From a virus (taxonomy: Duplodnaviria; Caudoviricetes): DNA of 56,324 bases. Shown here piece by piece: positions 26,705-36,246 of this stretch (its first letter is position 1; every line of letters begins with the position of its first letter). Made by a program: the position numbers and the translations under genes. The notes beneath the pieces are model-generated. The model had not been told where the DNA came from. It made no database searches and worked only from the letters and a program-made list of their open reading frames with translations. The stretch spans positions 1 to 56,324 of the IMG/VR virus record IMGVR_UViG_3300027969_000124; one strand, given 5' to 3'.

Positions 26705-27616
26705 ATGGCAATTTCACGCGCACAACTACTCAAAGAACTGCTCCCCGGTTTAAACGCTCTGTTTGGCCTTGAGTATGCTCGTTACGGTGAAGAACATAAA
26801 GAAATTTATGAAACTGAAACCTCTGAGCGTTCTTTTGAAGAAGAAACAAAACTGTCTGGTTTCTCAGCAGCACCTGTCAAAAACGAAGGCTCTGCGCTTT
26901 CTTATGACAATGCTCAAGAGGCATGGACAGCACGCTACAACCACGAAACCATCGCTATGGGCTTCTCCATCACTGAAGAAGCAGTGGAAGACAACTTGTA
27001 TGACTCGTTGTCAAGCCGCTATACCAAGGCTTTGGCCCGTGGAATGGCTTACACCAAGCAGGTCAAGGCCGCTTATGTGTTGAACAATGCGTTCACCACT
27101 GGCGTTACCTACGGTGACGGCGTTGTGCTTTGCTCAACAGCCCATCCATTGATTTCTGGTGGCACCAACAGCAATCGTCCTACTACTGGCGCTGACTTGA
27201 ATGAAACATCGTTGGAAAACGCTGTTATTCAAATCGCTGGTTGGACAGACGAGCGCGGACTCTTGATCGCTGCAAAGCCCAAGAAATTGATTGTTCCTCC
27301 ATCATTGATGTTCGTTGCTACTCGCCTCTTAGAGACTGAGTTGCGCGTCGGTACTACCGATAACGACATCAACGCATTGAAGAACAACGGTTCAATACCA
27401 CAGGGTTACACAGTTAACCACTATTTGACCGACACCAACGCTTGGTTCTTGATGACTGATGTACCTAACGGTCTGAAGCACTTTGTCCGTACCCCATTGC
27501 AAAATGGCATGGATGGAGACTTCGACACTGGTAACGTCCGTTACAAGGCTCGTGAGCGTTATAGCTTCGGCGTGTCAGACCCACTAGGTATCTTCGGATC
27601 ACCCGGTTCGTCTTAA
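26705..27616 (+). CDS. major capsid protein
   Basis: MAISRAQLLKELLPGLNALFG, K.EG, PKKLIVPP, YLTD..AWFL, DFDTGN.RYKARERYSFG. Confidence 0.9.
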   Translation: MAISRAQLLKELLPGLNALFGLEYARYGEEHKEIYETETSERSFEEETKLSGFSAAPVKNEGSALSYDNAQEAWTARYNHETIAMGFSITEEAVEDNLYDSLSSRYTKALARGMAYTKQVKAAYVLNNAFTTGVTYGDGVVLCSTAHPLISGGTNSNRPTTGADLNETSLENAVIQIAGWTDERGLLIAAKPKKLIVPPSLMFVATRLLETELRVGTTDNDINALKNNGSIPQGYTVNHYLTDTNAWFLMTDVPNGLKHFVRTPLQNGMDGDFDTGNVRYKARERYSFGVSDPLGIFGSPGSS

Positions 27617-27625
27617 TAAAGAAGT

Positions 27626-27655
27626 AAAAAAAGGGGGCCACAAGCTCCCTTTTTT
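27626..27655 (+). terminator. intrinsic terminator after MCP
   Basis: AAAAAAGGGGGC-loop-GCTCCCTTTTTT. Confidence 0.75.
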
Positions 27656-27656
27656 C

Positions 27657-27685
27657 TTGCCTATGTTTAAACATCATGGTATAAA
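27657..27685 (+). promoter_or_regulatory. sigma70-type promoter with GTTTAAAC in its spacer
   Basis: TTGCCT-17 nt-TATAAA with an extended TGn element. Confidence 0.55.
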
Positions 27686-27690
27686 TAGGC

Positions 27691-27768
27691 ATTCCGGAAA
27701 ACCCGGTGTATCAAACAGATCCGGCTGACTTCATGCAGATTGATACGCTATAACGCATGTATAGGAGA
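27691..27768 (+). ncRNA. pseudoknotted 5' leader
   Basis: GTGTATCAA/TTGATACGC stem crossed by CCGGA/TCCGG and CATGC/GCATG pairings; ends at the RBS. Confidence 0.45.
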
Positions 27769-27773
27769 TCCTC

Positions 27774-28271
27774 ATGGGATTCGCAACACACCTTGGCCCT
27801 TGGTTATTGGGTACAGTCAAAAACACCACTGGCACTACCGCTGGAACTATTCGTAACATGGGTGCAACTACTGTTGCCCAGACTTATACAGCTCCTACTT
27901 CCGTAATTTTGGCAAGCCCCGCAGCACAACAGATGTTTACTCTGCCCGCTGGCGCTAAGATTCTTCGCTTTGGTCTTGAGGTTAATGTTGCCCTAACTGG
28001 CGCAACTAACTGCGGCGTTACTATTGGTAGCGCTGGCACGGCTAACCTGTACATGACTTCGGTCAACACCGGAACTTCGGCGGTTCAAACTTCTCCAGCC
28101 ACAATTGCAGCGGCCACTTCCGGTTTTTATGACAGCATCGGCACAACTGATGCAATCATTTACGGTACTTTTACCGCAGCCACTGCTGACGCTACCGCTG
28201 GTACGATCACTGTTACTGTTGAGTACATCGTTCGTGATTCAGACGGCTCTGCTAACCCAAGCCAAGCTTAA
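27774..28271 (+). CDS. virion structural protein (capsid-associated)
   Basis: T/A/G-rich, TLPAGAKI motif; follows the MCP. Confidence 0.6.
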   Translation: MGFATHLGPWLLGTVKNTTGTTAGTIRNMGATTVAQTYTAPTSVILASPAAQQMFTLPAGAKILRFGLEVNVALTGATNCGVTIGSAGTANLYMTSVNTGTSAVQTSPATIAAATSGFYDSIGTTDAIIYGTFTAATADATAGTITVTVEYIVRDSDGSANPSQA

Positions 28272-28279
28272 TTAATCTC

Positions 28280-28300
28280 AGGGGCTTCGGCTCCTATGTT
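28280..28300 (+). terminator. C(UUCG)G hairpin, possible terminator
   Basis: AGGGGC-TTCG-GCTCCT followed by ATGTTT. Confidence 0.45.
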
Positions 28301-28318
28301 TAAACAAGGAGATTAATT

Positions 28319-28825
28319 GTGAATCAGACTAATGTAAAACAAGCACACCTAAACGGTAGTGGTTTTTTGGTTCTTGGACGCAATCGTGTAAGAGGCATTT
28401 CTTTTACTGGTTCAGCTACGGCTGGATTTGTTGCGTTATTTGATACTACTACCGCACCCGTAACTACTGCTACTTATGGTCGTTCTGGAACTACCGTAAC
28501 CGTCACTCAATCCGCGCATGGACTTGCAAATGGTGATGTTATTGGTATTGACTTTGCCGCAGGAACAGGCGGTACAGCTACCAATGGCAACTATGTGGTA
28601 ACAGTCACTAATTCAAGCACGTTTACGGTTACAGACATTAACTCTGGAACTATTACTGCTTCTCCAGCAATGGTGTATTCAAGCCGCTGGTTGATGACAT
28701 ATGATGTGGCGGCTAGTGATACTTTTAACAATGCTCCGCTTATTCCAGAAGACGGCGTATTAGCTGTAAACGGCATCTATGCATATATGTCTAACGTAGT
28801 AGCTTGCAATGTTTTCTATGGCTGA
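28319..28825 (+). CDS. virion structural protein with beta-rich insert
   Basis: TVTQSAHGLANGDVI...NGNYVVT repeat type; IPEDGVL. Confidence 0.55.
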   Translation: MNQTNVKQAHLNGSGFLVLGRNRVRGISFTGSATAGFVALFDTTTAPVTTATYGRSGTTVTVTQSAHGLANGDVIGIDFAAGTGGTATNGNYVVTVTNSSTFTVTDINSGTITASPAMVYSSRWLMTYDVAASDTFNNAPLIPEDGVLAVNGIYAYMSNVVACNVFYG

Positions 28826-29561
28826 TAAAAGTTTTAACTTAATTGGTCGCAAGCTAATGATTGCGATCCCTTGTTACGATGGCAAAGTAAACATCAGAAC
28901 TGCTTTTGCCATTGCTGAACTCGTGCCTAAGTTAGACAAGATGGGTGTACGACTAAGCCTCGTACACATATCTGGCTGTTCAATCATTACTAAAGCACGG
29001 AACAAATTAGTCCGTAACTTTATGGAATCAGATTGCACAGACTTCTTATTTGTAGATGCTGATGTAGTGATTAACACAGATGCTGTTACTCGTCTACTAG
29101 CTTTGGCAACAGACAAAGATGTTGTAGCTGGATCGTATCCACGCAGAGCAAAAGATGCTAAGTTCTTCCTTGACTTCCATCTAGATGAGAATGGTCAGTT
29201 AGAGTTTGATGAGAATGGTTTGATGAGAGTGGAAAGCGTTTCCACAGGATTCATGCTTATCCGCCGTCATGTCTTTGAATACATGATTGAGAAGCATCCA
29301 GAATGGGAATACAAAGGCGATGGTGACGGCGAAATAGAACACGCCATATTCGACTTTATGATTCTTGATGGTCAATACATTGGCGAAGATTATGCTTTCT
29401 GTTTGAGAGCAAGGACTGAAGGATTTAAGATTTACTTAGACCCAATGATCAGTCTGCCGCACATTGGCACAGAAGAATTCACTAGAGACTTTGAGAAAGA
29501 TGTTTTGCGTCCTTTGTTAAAGGAGCATGCAAAGCCTCAACTGAAAGTTGCAAATGGCTAG
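28818..29561 (+). CDS. GT-A fold glycosyltransferase-like protein
   Basis: IAIPCY, ARN.L, FLFVDAD (DxD), TGFMLIRR, GEDYAFC, H.G. Confidence 0.75.
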   Translation: MADKSFNLIGRKLMIAIPCYDGKVNIRTAFAIAELVPKLDKMGVRLSLVHISGCSIITKARNKLVRNFMESDCTDFLFVDADVVINTDAVTRLLALATDKDVVAGSYPRRAKDAKFFLDFHLDENGQLEFDENGLMRVESVSTGFMLIRRHVFEYMIEKHPEWEYKGDGDGEIEHAIFDFMILDGQYIGEDYAFCLRARTEGFKIYLDPMISLPHIGTEEFTRDFEKDVLRPLLKEHAKPQLKVANG

Positions 29562-29865
29562 TCCCGCATGGCAGAGAGCAGAAGGAAAGAATCCGAATGG
29601 CGGTTTAAACGCCAAGGGCCGAGCCTCTGCGAAGAAAGAAGGCATGAACTTGAAACCGCCTCAACCAGAAGGCGGCTCAAGGCGCGACTCTTTCTGTGCA
29701 AGGATGAGTGGGATGAAAAAGAAACTGACATCCGCAAAAACAGCGAACGACCCGAACTCTAGGATCAATAAGAGCCTAAAGGCATGGAACTGCGCTGAAG
29801 GCGGTTTTATAAAGGCTGCTGATGGAATTGCCCAAAGAGGTAAGACCAAAGGGAGAATTTGTTAA
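29554..29865 (+). CDS. small basic phage protein (DUF6321-like)
   Basis: PAWQRAEGKNPNGGLN.KGR, RR.SFCARM; ends ADGIAQRGKTKGR. Confidence 0.65.
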   Translation: MASPAWQRAEGKNPNGGLNAKGRASAKKEGMNLKPPQPEGGSRRDSFCARMSGMKKKLTSAKTANDPNSRINKSLKAWNCAEGGFIKAADGIAQRGKTKGRIC

Positions 29866-30125
29866 TGGATGCAAACCTTATTTGGTCGGCAGTTTTATCC
29901 ATTTTGATGGGAGCGTTTGGCTTCTTCATGCGGGAGAAACTCAGTCAAGTAAAGGATATGGGCGAGGACATTAAGCGTGTCGAGCGCCTTTTAAACATAA
30001 CCCGTGAGGAGGTAGCCCGTGATTACGTTACTCAAACAGAAATTCAGCGCATTACTGACCACATTGACCAGCGCTTCAATCGCCTTGAAGCAAAGATTGA
30101 TCAACTTATTCAGGCGGGAAGATAA
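29865..30125 (+). CDS. membrane-anchored coiled-coil protein
   Basis: N-terminal TM segment, TREE.ARDYV, RLE.KID. Confidence 0.6.
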   Translation: MDANLIWSAVLSILMGAFGFFMREKLSQVKDMGEDIKRVERLLNITREEVARDYVTQTEIQRITDHIDQRFNRLEAKIDQLIQAGR

Positions 30126-30592
30126 TGCCAAGCACTAGCAAGAAGCAACACAATTTCATGGAAGCGGTGGCTCACAACCCAGCGTTCGCCAAGAAAGCAG
30201 GCGTTTCCCAATCCGTTGGGAAAGACTTCAGTAACGCCGATAAAGGCAAAACGTTTAAACAAGGTGGAGATATGGCAAGCAAAATGAACCCCGGATTTAT
30301 GGCAATGATGGCTAAAAAGAAGCCTAGCAAGATGGGCATGTTTGAAAAATCTGGCAAAGATGTTGAGAAAAAGGGCATGAAAGAAGGCTCTAAGGCTGAG
30401 ATGGCTATGGACAAATCCCAAATGATGAAAAAGGGTGGCCCAGCCGTGAAGAAAATGGCGACTGGCGGTTTGGCCGCTGGTCACAAGTCTGCTAATGGTA
30501 TTGCTACCAAAGGCAAAACTAAAGGCAAACAGATCTCTATGCCCGGAAACAAAGGCATGAAATCTGGTGGCATGGCTAAGAAATACTGTTAA
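30125..30592 (+). CDS. small K/M/G-rich basic protein
   Basis: MPS.SKKQHNFM.AVAHNP.FAKK; multiple xxxGG motifs. Confidence 0.6.
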   Translation: MPSTSKKQHNFMEAVAHNPAFAKKAGVSQSVGKDFSNADKGKTFKQGGDMASKMNPGFMAMMAKKKPSKMGMFEKSGKDVEKKGMKEGSKAEMAMDKSQMMKKGGPAVKKMATGGLAAGHKSANGIATKGKTKGKQISMPGNKGMKSGGMAKKYC

Positions 30593-30601
30593 GGAGTTAC
30601 C

Positions 30602-31147
30602 ATGAAAAAGATGAAACGTTATGAAGCTGGTGGAGACATTGATCCATTAGAGGCTGCAAACAAGTCTGAGGAATCTCAGTCTATTGCTGATGAAGCCAAG
30701 GGTGAAGCAATGCTCAAATCGATGCGCGATAAGGCATCTGCACCAAAGCCAAAAGCAAAACCAGCAATGCCAGCGCTTGAGATGAGCGTTCCTCCCTCAA
30801 AGCCCAAATCGACCCAGTATGGAGCAAGTGTTCCATCCCTTGGCGCTTCTGGCACTTATGGTGGCGGTTTAGGACGTAGATCTAATCCTGAGTATCCAGA
30901 GGATGCTTCTAAGGCTATGGCCGACATGAAGAAAACCTCTTCTCCTGATGTGACCAAGATGTCTTTGGCTGAACGTATGAAGGAAAGCCGTGAAAAATCT
31001 AGATCAGGTAGCGGTAAAACCGATACCCGCTCTGTGAATGAGCGTTTCCGTTCTGCCCTTGGTTTTGCTAAAGGCGGTTCTGTTAATGCATCTAAACGTG
31101 CTGATGGTATTGCCCAGCGCGGCAAGACCAAAGGCCGCATCATCTAA
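30602..31147 (+). CDS. basic low-complexity protein
   Basis: FAKGG...ADGIAQRGKTKGR C-terminus. Confidence 0.6.
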   Translation: MKKMKRYEAGGDIDPLEAANKSEESQSIADEAKGEAMLKSMRDKASAPKPKAKPAMPALEMSVPPSKPKSTQYGASVPSLGASGTYGGGLGRRSNPEYPEDASKAMADMKKTSSPDVTKMSLAERMKESREKSRSGSGKTDTRSVNERFRSALGFAKGGSVNASKRADGIAQRGKTKGRII

Positions 31148-31156
31148 GGAATAGAT

Positions 31157-31432
31157 ATGATGGCAAGCCGAGGAATGGGGGCTGTTAGCCCCTCCAAAAT
31201 GCCCGGCCCGAAGCGTAAGGCTAGACGGGACAATACCGACTTCACGGAGTATGCTGAAGGCGGTAAGGTCAATGCTGCCGGAAATTACACAAAACCTAGT
31301 CTGCGTAAGCGGATTGTGTCTCAAGTAAAAGCAGCAGCGACCCAAGGCACTGGCGCAGGTCAGTGGTCAGCCCGTAAAGCCCAACTTGTAGCCAAGAAGT
31401 ACAAGGCGGCAGGTGGAGGCTATCGAGATTGA
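31157..31432 (+). CDS. small basic protein
   Basis: NYTKPSLRKRI...GQWSARKAQL...YK..GGGY. Confidence 0.6.
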   Translation: MMASRGMGAVSPSKMPGPKRKARRDNTDFTEYAEGGKVNAAGNYTKPSLRKRIVSQVKAAATQGTGAGQWSARKAQLVAKKYKAAGGGYRD

Positions 31433-31662
31433 AAGCTCCTCAGCAATCCCTTAAAAACTGGGGCGATCAGAAATGGCGTACCAAGTCGGGAAAGCCGTCG
31501 TCAAAAACTGGTGAGCGTTACTTGCCAGAAGCAGCAATTAAGTCTTTAAGTTCTAAAGAGTATGCGGCAACTACCAAGGCAAAGCGTGCAGGTAAAGCCA
31601 AGGGCAAACAGTTTGTGGCTCAACCCAAGGGTATAGCAAAGAAAACAGCAGGATTTAGATAA
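31429..31662 (+). CDS. small basic protein (DUF5872-like)
   Basis: QQSLKNWGDQKWRTKSGKPS..TGERYLP. Confidence 0.6.
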   Translation: MKAPQQSLKNWGDQKWRTKSGKPSSKTGERYLPEAAIKSLSSKEYAATTKAKRAGKAKGKQFVAQPKGIAKKTAGFR

Positions 31663-32597
31663 TGGCATATACCTCCGGCAGTACCGCATTTAACCTTGAC
31701 TTCACCGAATTAGCGGAAGAAGCGTGGGAACGCGCTGGACGGGAAATGCGTTCAGGATATGACCTAAGAACCGCACGCAGATCAATGAACCTGTTAACCA
31801 TTGAGTGGCAAAACAGGGGGATCAACATGTGGACGATTGAGCAAGGCTCCATCGATCTGGTTGCAGGTTTAAACACGTATCCAACCCCGACAGATACCAT
31901 TGACCTAATGGATCACGTAATCCGTACTGGGGCTAACAGCGCCAGCACACAGTCAGATTTAACGATCACTCGCATTAGTTCTTCGACCTATGCCACGATC
32001 CCCAATAAATTACAGCAGGCTCGTCCTATCCAGATCTTTGTTCAAAGGAACTCTGGCGAGACAAACCCTGCTAATTCAACGCTAAGTACAACCATCACCG
32101 CCACAAGCACAGAGATAACTCTCAGCACAACGGTTGGATTGGCTGCGGCTGGGTATATAAAATTAGATAATGAGACAATCTACTATCAATACATCACAGG
32201 GAATACCTTATATGTATGTTCAAGGGCGCAGAACGACACGACGGCAGCAGCCCATACAGCGGGCATCTCGGTGTATGTTCCTCAACTTCCTGCTGTGACC
32301 GTCTGGCCTACCCCAGATAACTCAACCCCATATCAATTGATCTATTGGCGGCTACGGCGCGTGCAAGATGCTGGGGCTGGTATACAGACTGGCGATATGA
32401 ATTTTCGCTTCCTACCCGCCGCTGCGGCAGGATTAGCCTATCAAATTGCAGCCAAGGTTCCTGAACTGATGCCACGGGTGCAAATGCTTAAAGATATGTA
32501 TGACGAGCAATTCAATCTTGCCGCTGGTGAAGACCGAGAGAAGGCAGCGATTAGGTTTGTTCCTCGTCAATCATTCATTGGAGGAGGTAGCGCTTAA
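31662..32597 (+). CDS. head-tail adaptor / tail protein
   Basis: EEAWERAG, ARRS.NLL..EW.NRG.N.W, VWPTPD, RFLPA..AGLAY. Confidence 0.6.
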   Translation: MAYTSGSTAFNLDFTELAEEAWERAGREMRSGYDLRTARRSMNLLTIEWQNRGINMWTIEQGSIDLVAGLNTYPTPTDTIDLMDHVIRTGANSASTQSDLTITRISSSTYATIPNKLQQARPIQIFVQRNSGETNPANSTLSTTITATSTEITLSTTVGLAAAGYIKLDNETIYYQYITGNTLYVCSRAQNDTTAAAHTAGISVYVPQLPAVTVWPTPDNSTPYQLIYWRLRRVQDAGAGIQTGDMNFRFLPAAAAGLAYQIAAKVPELMPRVQMLKDMYDEQFNLAAGEDREKAAIRFVPRQSFIGGGSA

Positions 32598-32950
32598 TGG
32601 CTGGGTTATTTGATCCAGAGGGTAAAGATTTTGATTATGAAACAGCCCTCGCTTACAAAATGCAGCCAAAGAAAAAGGGCGAACATTGGGGTTCTGTTGC
32701 CCCAACATCAGACGATGAGCGCATAGCCAATGATTTACCAGAAGATAGCTATGTTTTGTTAAAGGGTAGGGGTCACCAAACTTTTAACAAAGCAGAAGCG
32801 GCAGAAAATGAGCGTGGATCAAAGATTGTAAAACGTGGCGAAAGATATTATTCTGTGCCAAAAGGGTTTAAAAAAGGCGGGATGGTTTCAGCCTCTAGCC
32901 GTGCGGATGGTGTAGCCCAAAGGGGTAAAACCAAGGGAAGGATTTTGTAA
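32597..32950 (+). CDS. hypothetical protein with C-terminal KGG...ADG..QRGKTKG tag
   Basis: TAATG-coupled on both sides. Confidence 0.55.
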   Translation: MAGLFDPEGKDFDYETALAYKMQPKKKGEHWGSVAPTSDDERIANDLPEDSYVLLKGRGHQTFNKAEAAENERGSKIVKRGERYYSVPKGFKKGGMVSASSRADGVAQRGKTKGRIL

Positions 32951-33363
32951 TGGGCAATAGATTTGCTTCTGGCAAATACAGTATTGCCATGTGCGACCGT
33001 TGTGGTCAGCGCTACAAACTCAAGGAGTTAAAGAAGGAAATCATCAAGACAAAGCGGTACGACCTTAAAGTTTGTCCTGAGTGCTGGGATCCAGATCAGC
33101 CTCAGTTGCAACTAGGTATGTATCCAGTTGATGATCCGCAGGCTGTGATGGAGCCACGTAATGACGGCACATACGTCACTGCTGGTGTGAATGGATTGCA
33201 GGACAACCTATCTGGTTTTGGTGGTTATCCAACCGGAGGTTCTAGGGACATCCAGTGGGGCTGGTATCCAGTAGGTGGATCGAGTGAATTTGATGTGCCT
33301 TTAACACCAAATAACTTGGTGGGAACGACAAGTGTTGGTACAGTAACGGTTAGCGTAACTTAG
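32950..33363 (+). CDS. Zn-finger virion-module protein
   Basis: CDRCG...VCPECWDP.QPQL. Confidence 0.6.
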   Translation: MGNRFASGKYSIAMCDRCGQRYKLKELKKEIIKTKRYDLKVCPECWDPDQPQLQLGMYPVDDPQAVMEPRNDGTYVTAGVNGLQDNLSGFGGYPTGGSRDIQWGWYPVGGSSEFDVPLTPNNLVGTTSVGTVTVSVT

Positions 33364-33372
33364 GAGCGAAAA

Positions 33373-33564
33373 ATGGATAAAGCGGACTTAAAACAAGATA
33401 AGAAAATGATTGCTGGTGCTGTGCATAAGCATGAGAAAAAGCTGCACCCCGGTCAGCCTATGACTAAATTTGCCAAGGGCGGCAAGACCAATATGCAAAT
33501 GCGTAAATTGGGTCGTGGCATGGCTAAGGTTGCCAACCAGATGAAATCTTCAAGGGGAAAATAA
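33373..33564 (+). CDS. small basic protein
   Basis: D.KQDKKMI..AVHKHE...H; FAKGG. Confidence 0.55.
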   Translation: MDKADLKQDKKMIAGAVHKHEKKLHPGQPMTKFAKGGKTNMQMRKLGRGMAKVANQMKSSRGK

Positions 33565-33812
33565 TGGGATTTTCTAAAAAAGTAATGGGTAAGGAAGTTG
33601 GCGATGCCAGCGTCTATGCCAAACCGCACACTATGGATGGTAAGGCTGGTGTAAAGATGCGCGACAAAGCGCCTATGCCCCGCAAGAAGGATTGGACTCC
33701 AATGGATGGCGTAAGCATCGGCACTAACGATGAAGTTAAAACTACTGGCATCAAAATCCGTGGAACAGGCGCTGCCACCAAAGGCGTGATGGCTAGAGGC
33801 CCGATGGCATGA
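33564..33812 (+). CDS. small basic protein
   Basis: KTTGIKIRGTGAATKG..ARGPMA. Confidence 0.55.
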   Translation: MGFSKKVMGKEVGDASVYAKPHTMDGKAGVKMRDKAPMPRKKDWTPMDGVSIGTNDEVKTTGIKIRGTGAATKGVMARGPMA

Positions 33813-34462
33813 CATACAACGAATTAGTCACTGCTGTTCAAGATTACTGTGAGAACACGTTTCCCACGGTAGATATGAACACGATGATTAAGCAGGCGGA
33901 GCAACGCATCTATAACACGGTGCAGATTGCCAACCTTCGCAAGAACGTTACCGGAACTATTGTCTCCGGTAACAAGTATTTATCTGCGCCTGATGATTTC
34001 TTGTCTACGTACTCCTTGGCTGTATATCCAAGCGCAGGCGGTGACTACCTCTATTTGTTAAACAAAGATGTTAACTTTATGAGAGATGCGTATCCCAATC
34101 CTGCGGATACGGGAAAACCCAAGCACTATGCTATTTTTGGCCCACAGTCTTCAAATGTAAAAGAATTGTCTTTTATTCTTGGCCCAACGCCAGATGTAAC
34201 GTACTCCGCTGAGTTGCATTATTACTATTACCCTGAGTCAATTGTGACTGCCAGCCAGACTTGGCTAGGAGATAACTTTGATTCTGCTCTTCTTAATGGA
34301 ACGATGGTCGAGGCTATCCGTTATATGAAGGGTGAGAAAGATTTGGTTGATTTGTACAACCAGATGTATGTTCAGTCTATCTCTCTACTCAAGAACTTGG
34401 GAGATGGCAAACAACGCATGGATGCTTATCGTGATGGGCAGGTTAGGAATCCGGTGAGTTAA
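33809..34462 (+). CDS. tail tubular protein A / adaptor-like
   Basis: MTY.EL...QDY.E, AEQRIY, G.PKHYA, LGPTPD, LHYYY.P. Confidence 0.65.
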   Translation: MTYNELVTAVQDYCENTFPTVDMNTMIKQAEQRIYNTVQIANLRKNVTGTIVSGNKYLSAPDDFLSTYSLAVYPSAGGDYLYLLNKDVNFMRDAYPNPADTGKPKHYAIFGPQSSNVKELSFILGPTPDVTYSAELHYYYYPESIVTASQTWLGDNFDSALLNGTMVEAIRYMKGEKDLVDLYNQMYVQSISLLKNLGDGKQRMDAYRDGQVRNPVS

Positions 34463-34881
34463 TGTCTATTATCCAAACCCAGACCACCAGCTTCAAAAAG
34501 GAGCTATATCAAGGTATACACGATCTATCTACGGATACCATCAAGATAGCCTTGTATACGGCCAATGCTGATTTAAATGAAAACACAACTGTGTATTCAA
34601 GCAATAATGAAGTGGCCGCCACTGGAACTTATGTAGCTGGAGGGGCGCAACTTACCCCGATTACTGTGAGTTCTTCTGGTTATACGGCGTATGTGGGCTT
34701 CCCAAACATATCTTGGACGGGTGCAATCACAGCAAGATGCGCGTTAATTTATAACGCAACGCAGGGAAACAAGTCTATCGCTGTTTTGGATTTTGGTGCT
34801 GACAAAACTTCCACTACAACATTTACAATCACTATGCCAGCCAACACTTCGACAGCGGCGCTTATTAGGAGTTCAAATTGA
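34462..34881 (+). CDS. tail-associated structural protein
   Basis: TSFK.EL..G.HD, KIALYT, Y.AGG..L, ALIYN, VLDFG.DK; paralog of 35076. Confidence 0.6.
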   Translation: MSIIQTQTTSFKKELYQGIHDLSTDTIKIALYTANADLNENTTVYSSNNEVAATGTYVAGGAQLTPITVSSSGYTAYVGFPNISWTGAITARCALIYNATQGNKSIAVLDFGADKTSTTTFTITMPANTSTAALIRSSN

Positions 34882-35066
34882 TAGTTACAACAACTAGAGG
34901 CGATATGGATGACTCTTTGCTAGAGAAGCGAGAGGGTGATGTTGATAACAATAACGAAACAACCACATGGACAGAATACTGGTTAGAGGGTGAGCTTGTT
35001 CACCGTTCTGTTCATGTAACTTTGAAGAAAATGCCGCCTATAGGTGGTGAAACTGGTACTTTTTAA
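34878..35066 (+). CDS. hypothetical protein
   Basis: TT.GDMD.SLLEKREG...W.EYWL.GELVHRSVHV. Confidence 0.55.
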   Translation: MIVTTTRGDMDDSLLEKREGDVDNNNETTTWTEYWLEGELVHRSVHVTLKKMPPIGGETGTF

Positions 35067-35075
35067 GGAACTACT

Positions 35076-35561
35076 ATGGCAAATACCGCATCAATGTGTA
35101 CCTCCTTTATGGGAGAAGTACTGACGGCAACACATAACTTTGGTACTGCGCCTATTCGTGCGGTTACAACTGCTGACACGTTTAAAGCCGCTTTGTACTT
35201 TACTTCGGCAACGATTAATGCCGCTACCACTGCATATGGCACTACTGGAGAAGTAACAAACACTTCTGGTTCTGGCTATACGGCGGGCGGTGTAACAGTT
35301 ACCAATGGAACAGCTCCTATTGCAACCAACAGTTCATCGACTGCTGGTGTAGCTTACTGGACTCCAACGGCTAGTTTCTCTTGGTCTGCATTGACTGTTA
35401 CCACTGCTTTCAACGCAGTTTTGGTATACAACTCAAGCCAGTCAAACAAATCTGTAGCGGTGTATACGTTTGGCGATCAAACAATTACCGCTGGTACGTT
35501 TACTTTAACGATGCCATCAAACACTACAACAACTGGTTTGCTACGAATCGCAACCACCTAA
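35076..35561 (+). CDS. tail-associated structural protein
   Basis: CTSF..E, FKAALY, YTAGG, LVYN, TFG; paralog of 34462. Confidence 0.6.
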   Translation: MANTASMCTSFMGEVLTATHNFGTAPIRAVTTADTFKAALYFTSATINAATTAYGTTGEVTNTSGSGYTAGGVTVTNGTAPIATNSSSTAGVAYWTPTASFSWSALTVTTAFNAVLVYNSSQSNKSVAVYTFGDQTITAGTFTLTMPSNTTTTGLLRIATT

Positions 35562-35570
35562 AGGGTAAGT

Positions 35571-36236
35571 ATGTCTCTCGGCTGGGGCTACCAAACGTGG
35601 GGGGCAAACGGCTGGGGTGGCACTCTTGACTCGACAGGAGATGTAGCAACAGGAGCCGTAGGAACAACTACGCCTGTTATTTCGATTGCTTTAACTGGCA
35701 ATTCAACAACAGGTTCTGTTGGCTCTCTGACCGCAAGCGTTTTTGTTGGGTCAGGTGATACAGCAACGGGTTCTGTAGGAACTCTGGGGGTTACACAAAC
35801 AGTTGCATTGGCGGGTGTATCGGCTTCTGGAGAAGTTGGAACATTAACCAGAGGCGCTACATCTGCCCTGACAGGGGTATCTGCAAGCGGTTTGGTTGGG
35901 TCGGTCACTCCTACTAACGCAGAGGAATTGACGGGCGTTGAGGGCATGGCTAATTTGGGACAAGTAATTGTTCCGTTGTTACCGGACTCGGCGGTAGGTG
36001 AAATTGGAACACTTGGCTTAGATAGGACAGTTTCTTTAACTGGAGTATCTGCAAGCGGAGTGCTTGGAACAATTGGTCTTGGGACTAGAAGTTTTGCACT
36101 TGTTGGCAATTCTGCTTCTGGTCAAATTGGAACGGTATTTGCTGTTTATTGGAAGTTAATTGATGACAGTCAGGACGCAAACTGGCAAAATATCAGCAAC
36201 TCTCAAACAGCAGACTGGGCAGAAGTAATAACGTGA
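35571..36236 (+). CDS. structural protein with LTGVSA.G.VG repeats
   Basis: WG..TWG N-terminus and internal repeats. Confidence 0.6.
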   Translation: MSLGWGYQTWGANGWGGTLDSTGDVATGAVGTTTPVISIALTGNSTTGSVGSLTASVFVGSGDTATGSVGTLGVTQTVALAGVSASGEVGTLTRGATSALTGVSASGLVGSVTPTNAEELTGVEGMANLGQVIVPLLPDSAVGEIGTLGLDRTVSLTGVSASGVLGTIGLGTRSFALVGNSASGQIGTVFAVYWKLIDDSQDANWQNISNSQTADWAEVIT

Positions 36237-36246
36237 GGTTAAACAT

